From: an archaeon
GTDB taxonomy: Archaea; Nanobdellota; Nanobdellia; Woesearchaeales; SM23-78
Length of the DNA: 64,000 nt
Assembly: GCA_043801165.1 (NCBI GenBank)
Contig: JAZDMG010000007.1
Span: 6,155 to 70,154 of the forward strand
Direction: 5' to 3'
Shown here: one piece after another, positions 62,601 to 64,000 of the stretch
Numbering within the stretch: the stretch's first letter is position 1
Layout: the number at the start of each line of letters is the position of its first letter
Made by a program: the position numbers and the translations under genes
The notes under the pieces: model-generated
Databases searched by the model: none
What the model saw: only the letters and a program-made list of their open reading frames with translations
Told to the model about the DNA's origin: nothing

Positions 62601-63586
62601 CCCCTGACTACTCTGGAAGCGAGAAATACGAAGCCATCCTTGCCGCAGAAGCCATGGCCGATGGCAAGAAAGAAAAATTCACGCATAACATCGTGATAAT
62701 AATATTCACCGAAGACAAAAAGCTCGCCTCAGAGTGCTTTGACAAGGCAAGGTCAGGAATCACAGGCCTGGAGAGCAAGAACATAGCCACTGGCCTGATT
62801 GTCGAAAGGATGGATGAATCTGCCAAGAGATACGACAGCAATGAATACTTCGATGCCCTGGTGCTATGCAACAGCATACTCACGGATATAGGCAAGGCCA
62901 ACAAGCTAAAAGACGAGCTTGAGCTCCTGAACAGCATGTACTCTGAACTCGGGGCTGAAAACCAGCAGATAACATCGCTGATCACACTATCCCAGGAGGC
63001 ATTCGGAAGGGAAGAATACGCCTTGGCCGAGAGAAGGGCTGAAGAGGCTAAGATGCTCATAGGGCTCAAGAAAAAAGATATTGAGCAGACGATACCCGGC
63101 AGGATCAGCCAGCTGAAATCACACGCCAAAGAGGCTATCCTGATGATAGTCATACTCTCAATCATATCAGTCTTTGCTCTCTCATCAAGAAGCCTGACCC
63201 TGGTAAAAAAGAGGATTGATGACCTTGAGAGCCGCAAAAATATGATCAAGAAGAAGATAAGCGAAGTCCAAGAACAGTATTTTGTCAGGAAGATAATTCC
63301 TGCAAGAGCCTATAACCAGGAGATGGAGCAGCACAGGAATGACCTGGCTGACCTCGAAAAGAGGAGAAGCGAGCTGAATCTCAAGAGGCTCAGGATAACA
63401 AGCGGAAACTCGCGCAATGACCTGAACAAGATAAGGCTTGAGACTGAGGAAGCCAAGAAGGCCCTCCAGAGGAGATACTATGTGGAGAAGGCGATGGACA
63501 GCGAGAGCTTCAAGAAGATGAGCTCAGGGCTGGAGAGCATACTCCAGGAAATAGGCACAAAGCTCTCGATGGCAAAGAAGAAGTAA
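59696..63586 (+). CDS. Bitopic surface protein (1296 aa), paralogue of 37198-41478
   Basis: Same order of parts as the paralogue. Cys-rich N-domain (CGPNCLGPYE...DGCKDGPQATYEF vs CACGDRCHGPYE...CQDGPDQSEYEY). NEW3/CARDB-like ITNVGNDTAHNVSSYWQAPPGW. Poly-Gly at ~62344-62365, helical stalk, and TM at ~63133-63190. Two tail motifs at ~63263 and ~63461. Start is GTG 59696 or ATG 59702. Confidence 0.85.
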   Translation: MPMFISFQKHRTKRIVCIIATLIFLAIASLPEFPESALAYTGNFSTGSPFSCGPNCLGPYELFGHDTEYCKLNIEECFNTIDGCKDGPQATYEFVDNITITNLNGSTFTTENVINIDVAVDCDSDGDIVSIAYHNGSSFRNIYNVNCTVEGKTNIYYNTTLDNVRGNHTVRAIIGFPGLSGVTCGEQTSNPAWTDTDDVTFAVATNDIIPPSVSNPTPEPSSIFEAQENLEVLICVEATDNYGIESVWMDVWWDEGEEITQIFDAGENQFCDGFASTTDLGDYLVQFIVNDTSGNLNDAVTTNFTIAHITNITISSPTIGLIQPVGTTYLNFTLPDNYDANAIYYSLDNGQNISINDGRVRASCAASDANGTRGEKDNVFANLSMSFIPRENIRSNSIGLSLMRNGSGTSDAQLEIRSDSSGSPSETLIANGTIINSSVSSEGYSFVNITLNTTVNLTKDTMYWLFLEPDGSGTDFYTWESSDDGACSDGNYSNNRSLDLLFSVYDKYRFRTTIEGLSQDDHNVTVYANSTYLGPIISPTISFEIDHTNPRINRIAYSPNTSVQLDPGRQINFTINVTDDAEVSGVVLQYRQSNESEFTNRTASHSGAIYAANFTPQDENNWTARIVAIDSSNNTNTSGEITLAVFNEHGWVSSPLSFNTTSALISQNSTIGNITIVNNGDILLDFNISRTESTIPSVYFNSSLASTILSVAASRNVSLPVIVTGQSIESEQEASITIDALNGSAEPGLTSINFTFITFVSGPHLNIQITEYDPSVVQGQTRVTVTARITNVGNDTAHNVSSYWQAPPGWAAKTNFTASYSSLGIGQQVFFTRDINIESNATVGNQTLYVYVNCSEDKNDSDQRTVAVSSSQSEEQETVVISRGGGGGSGAIKATKTSSLDMQLPDEVELERGTNITLAGIIKNTGETAFSNINLTLSGFSLLHQKISPEKIGQLLVNESKEFRLFISAPDYSGSEKYEAILAAEAMADGKKEKFTHNIVIIIFTEDKKLASECFDKARSGITGLESKNIATGLIVERMDESAKRYDSNEYFDALVLCNSILTDIGKANKLKDELELLNSMYSELGAENQQITSLITLSQEAFGREEYALAERRAEEAKMLIGLKKKDIEQTIPGRISQLKSHAKEAILMIVILSIISVFALSSRSLTLVKKRIDDLESRKNMIKKKISEVQEQYFVRKIIPARAYNQEMEQHRNDLADLEKRRSELNLKRLRITSGNSRNDLNKIRLETEEAKKALQRRYYVEKAMDSESFKKMSSGLESILQEIGTKLSMAKKK

Positions 63587-63609
63587 CCCGAAAAAAAAAG
63601 AGGCGACAT

Positions 63610-64000
63610 ATGACGGATGCAAGAAAAGCAATCAGCGAAGCATCAGCAGCCATAATCCTCCCTGTCATGGTTCTAATCCTTATCCTGATGCTAGCAGCTC
63701 CTGCCGCGGCAGCAGCGTCCGATGATTATCGCCAGGCGCTGAAGACAGGGCTGTTGGAGCTGGCTTCGGTAAAAGATGATATGAACCGCAGCGGAGCAGG
63801 AACATTGAGGGTGAGCGACCTCATCACAGAAGGATTCTTTTACCTGGACAGGAATGACCTTGAGAATGTTGAGAAGCGGATATCTGAGGTGCATGAGCTG
63901 AGAAACCTCTCGGAAACCGCAAAGGCAGGGCTCATCGCCTGCGAAAGGCTGCTGAAGGACATCAATGACAGCAACAGCCTGACCCAAAACCAGGATGAGA
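63610..64000 (+). CDS. N-terminal part of another stalk-type membrane protein (runs off the window)
   Basis: The ATG at 63610 follows the SD AAAGAGG, and the frame is open to the window end (my own translation; not in the supplied ORF track). TM AIILPVMVLILILMLAAPAAAAA is followed by helical sequence resembling the start of 57001-58494. Confidence 0.6.
   Translation, partial: MTDARKAISEASAAIILPVMVLILILMLAAPAAAAASDDYRQALKTGLLELASVKDDMNRSGAGTLRVSDLITEGFFYLDRNDLENVEKRISEVHELRNLSETAKAGLIACERLLKDINDSNSLTQNQDE

Noticed and set aside
63691-63987. 98-aa minus-strand ORF from the supplied track
   Set aside because: The + strand frame from the ATG at 63610 has an SD, a TM helix and similarity to the 497-aa stalk protein. 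It explains this region better than the antisense ORF does.
1-64000. Search for CRISPR arrays, tRNA or rRNA genes
   Set aside because: No regularly spaced direct repeats were seen. No intergenic segment shows a cloverleaf with a GTTC-type T-loop, and none resembles rRNA. The only structured intergenic segment is 16485-16650, which does not fit a tRNA.

Overview
Probable chromosomal segment of an uncultivated archaeon; I cannot name the taxon. Direct support for an archaeal origin: exact palindromic TTTATAAA boxes centred about 26 nt upstream of three start codons (leaderless promoters), GGTG-type Shine-Dalgarno sites inside operons, many TTG/GTG starts, surface proteins saturated with N-x-S/T sequons, KaiC-like ATPases, and a CheC/CheD-type chemotaxis operon. 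Layout: (i) 0.3-2.7 kb accessory patch: an AT-rich COG1373-type AAA ATPase bracketed by a 25-bp direct repeat, next to a ~970-bp IS481-like element. (ii) 2.7-7.4 kb housekeeping genes: ArsR regulator, cysteine desulfurase, sugar nucleotidyltransferase, adenylate kinase. (iii) 7.6-17.8 kb operon: two RHH regulators, a 1036-aa Ig/PKD-repeat membrane adhesin, a secreted 252-aa protein, and a 1318-aa protein that joins a paralogous ectodomain through one TM helix to a HerA/FtsK-like (COG0433-type) ATPase. (iv) 18.2-41.5 kb: a wHTH regulator translationally coupled to an 18.4-kb gene for a 6131-aa mosaic surface protein, followed by a 1426-aa bitopic surface protein. (v) 41.6-51.5 kb: complete chemotaxis operon cheB-A-Y-Y-C-D-R / Zn-ribbon-mcp-cheW-cheC-(P-loop-less KaiC-like), in which CheD carries an inserted pseudo-receiver domain. 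(vi) 51.6-54.2 kb: strongly AT-rich two-gene island. (vii) 54.5-64 kb: a second wHTH paralogue, two KaiC-like ATPases alternating with stalk-TM-tail membrane proteins, and a 1296-aa paralogue of the 1426-aa protein. The HerA-like and both KaiC-like ATPases share a ~65-aa N-D-F-x-x-W-I module, and the bitopic membrane proteins share a cytoplasmic L-Q-x-x-Y-F tail motif. The 7.6-64 kb stretch therefore looks like one functionally linked, chemotaxis-associated cell-surface system, with no archaellum or pilus genes in view. I found no rRNA, tRNA or CRISPR array by eye.
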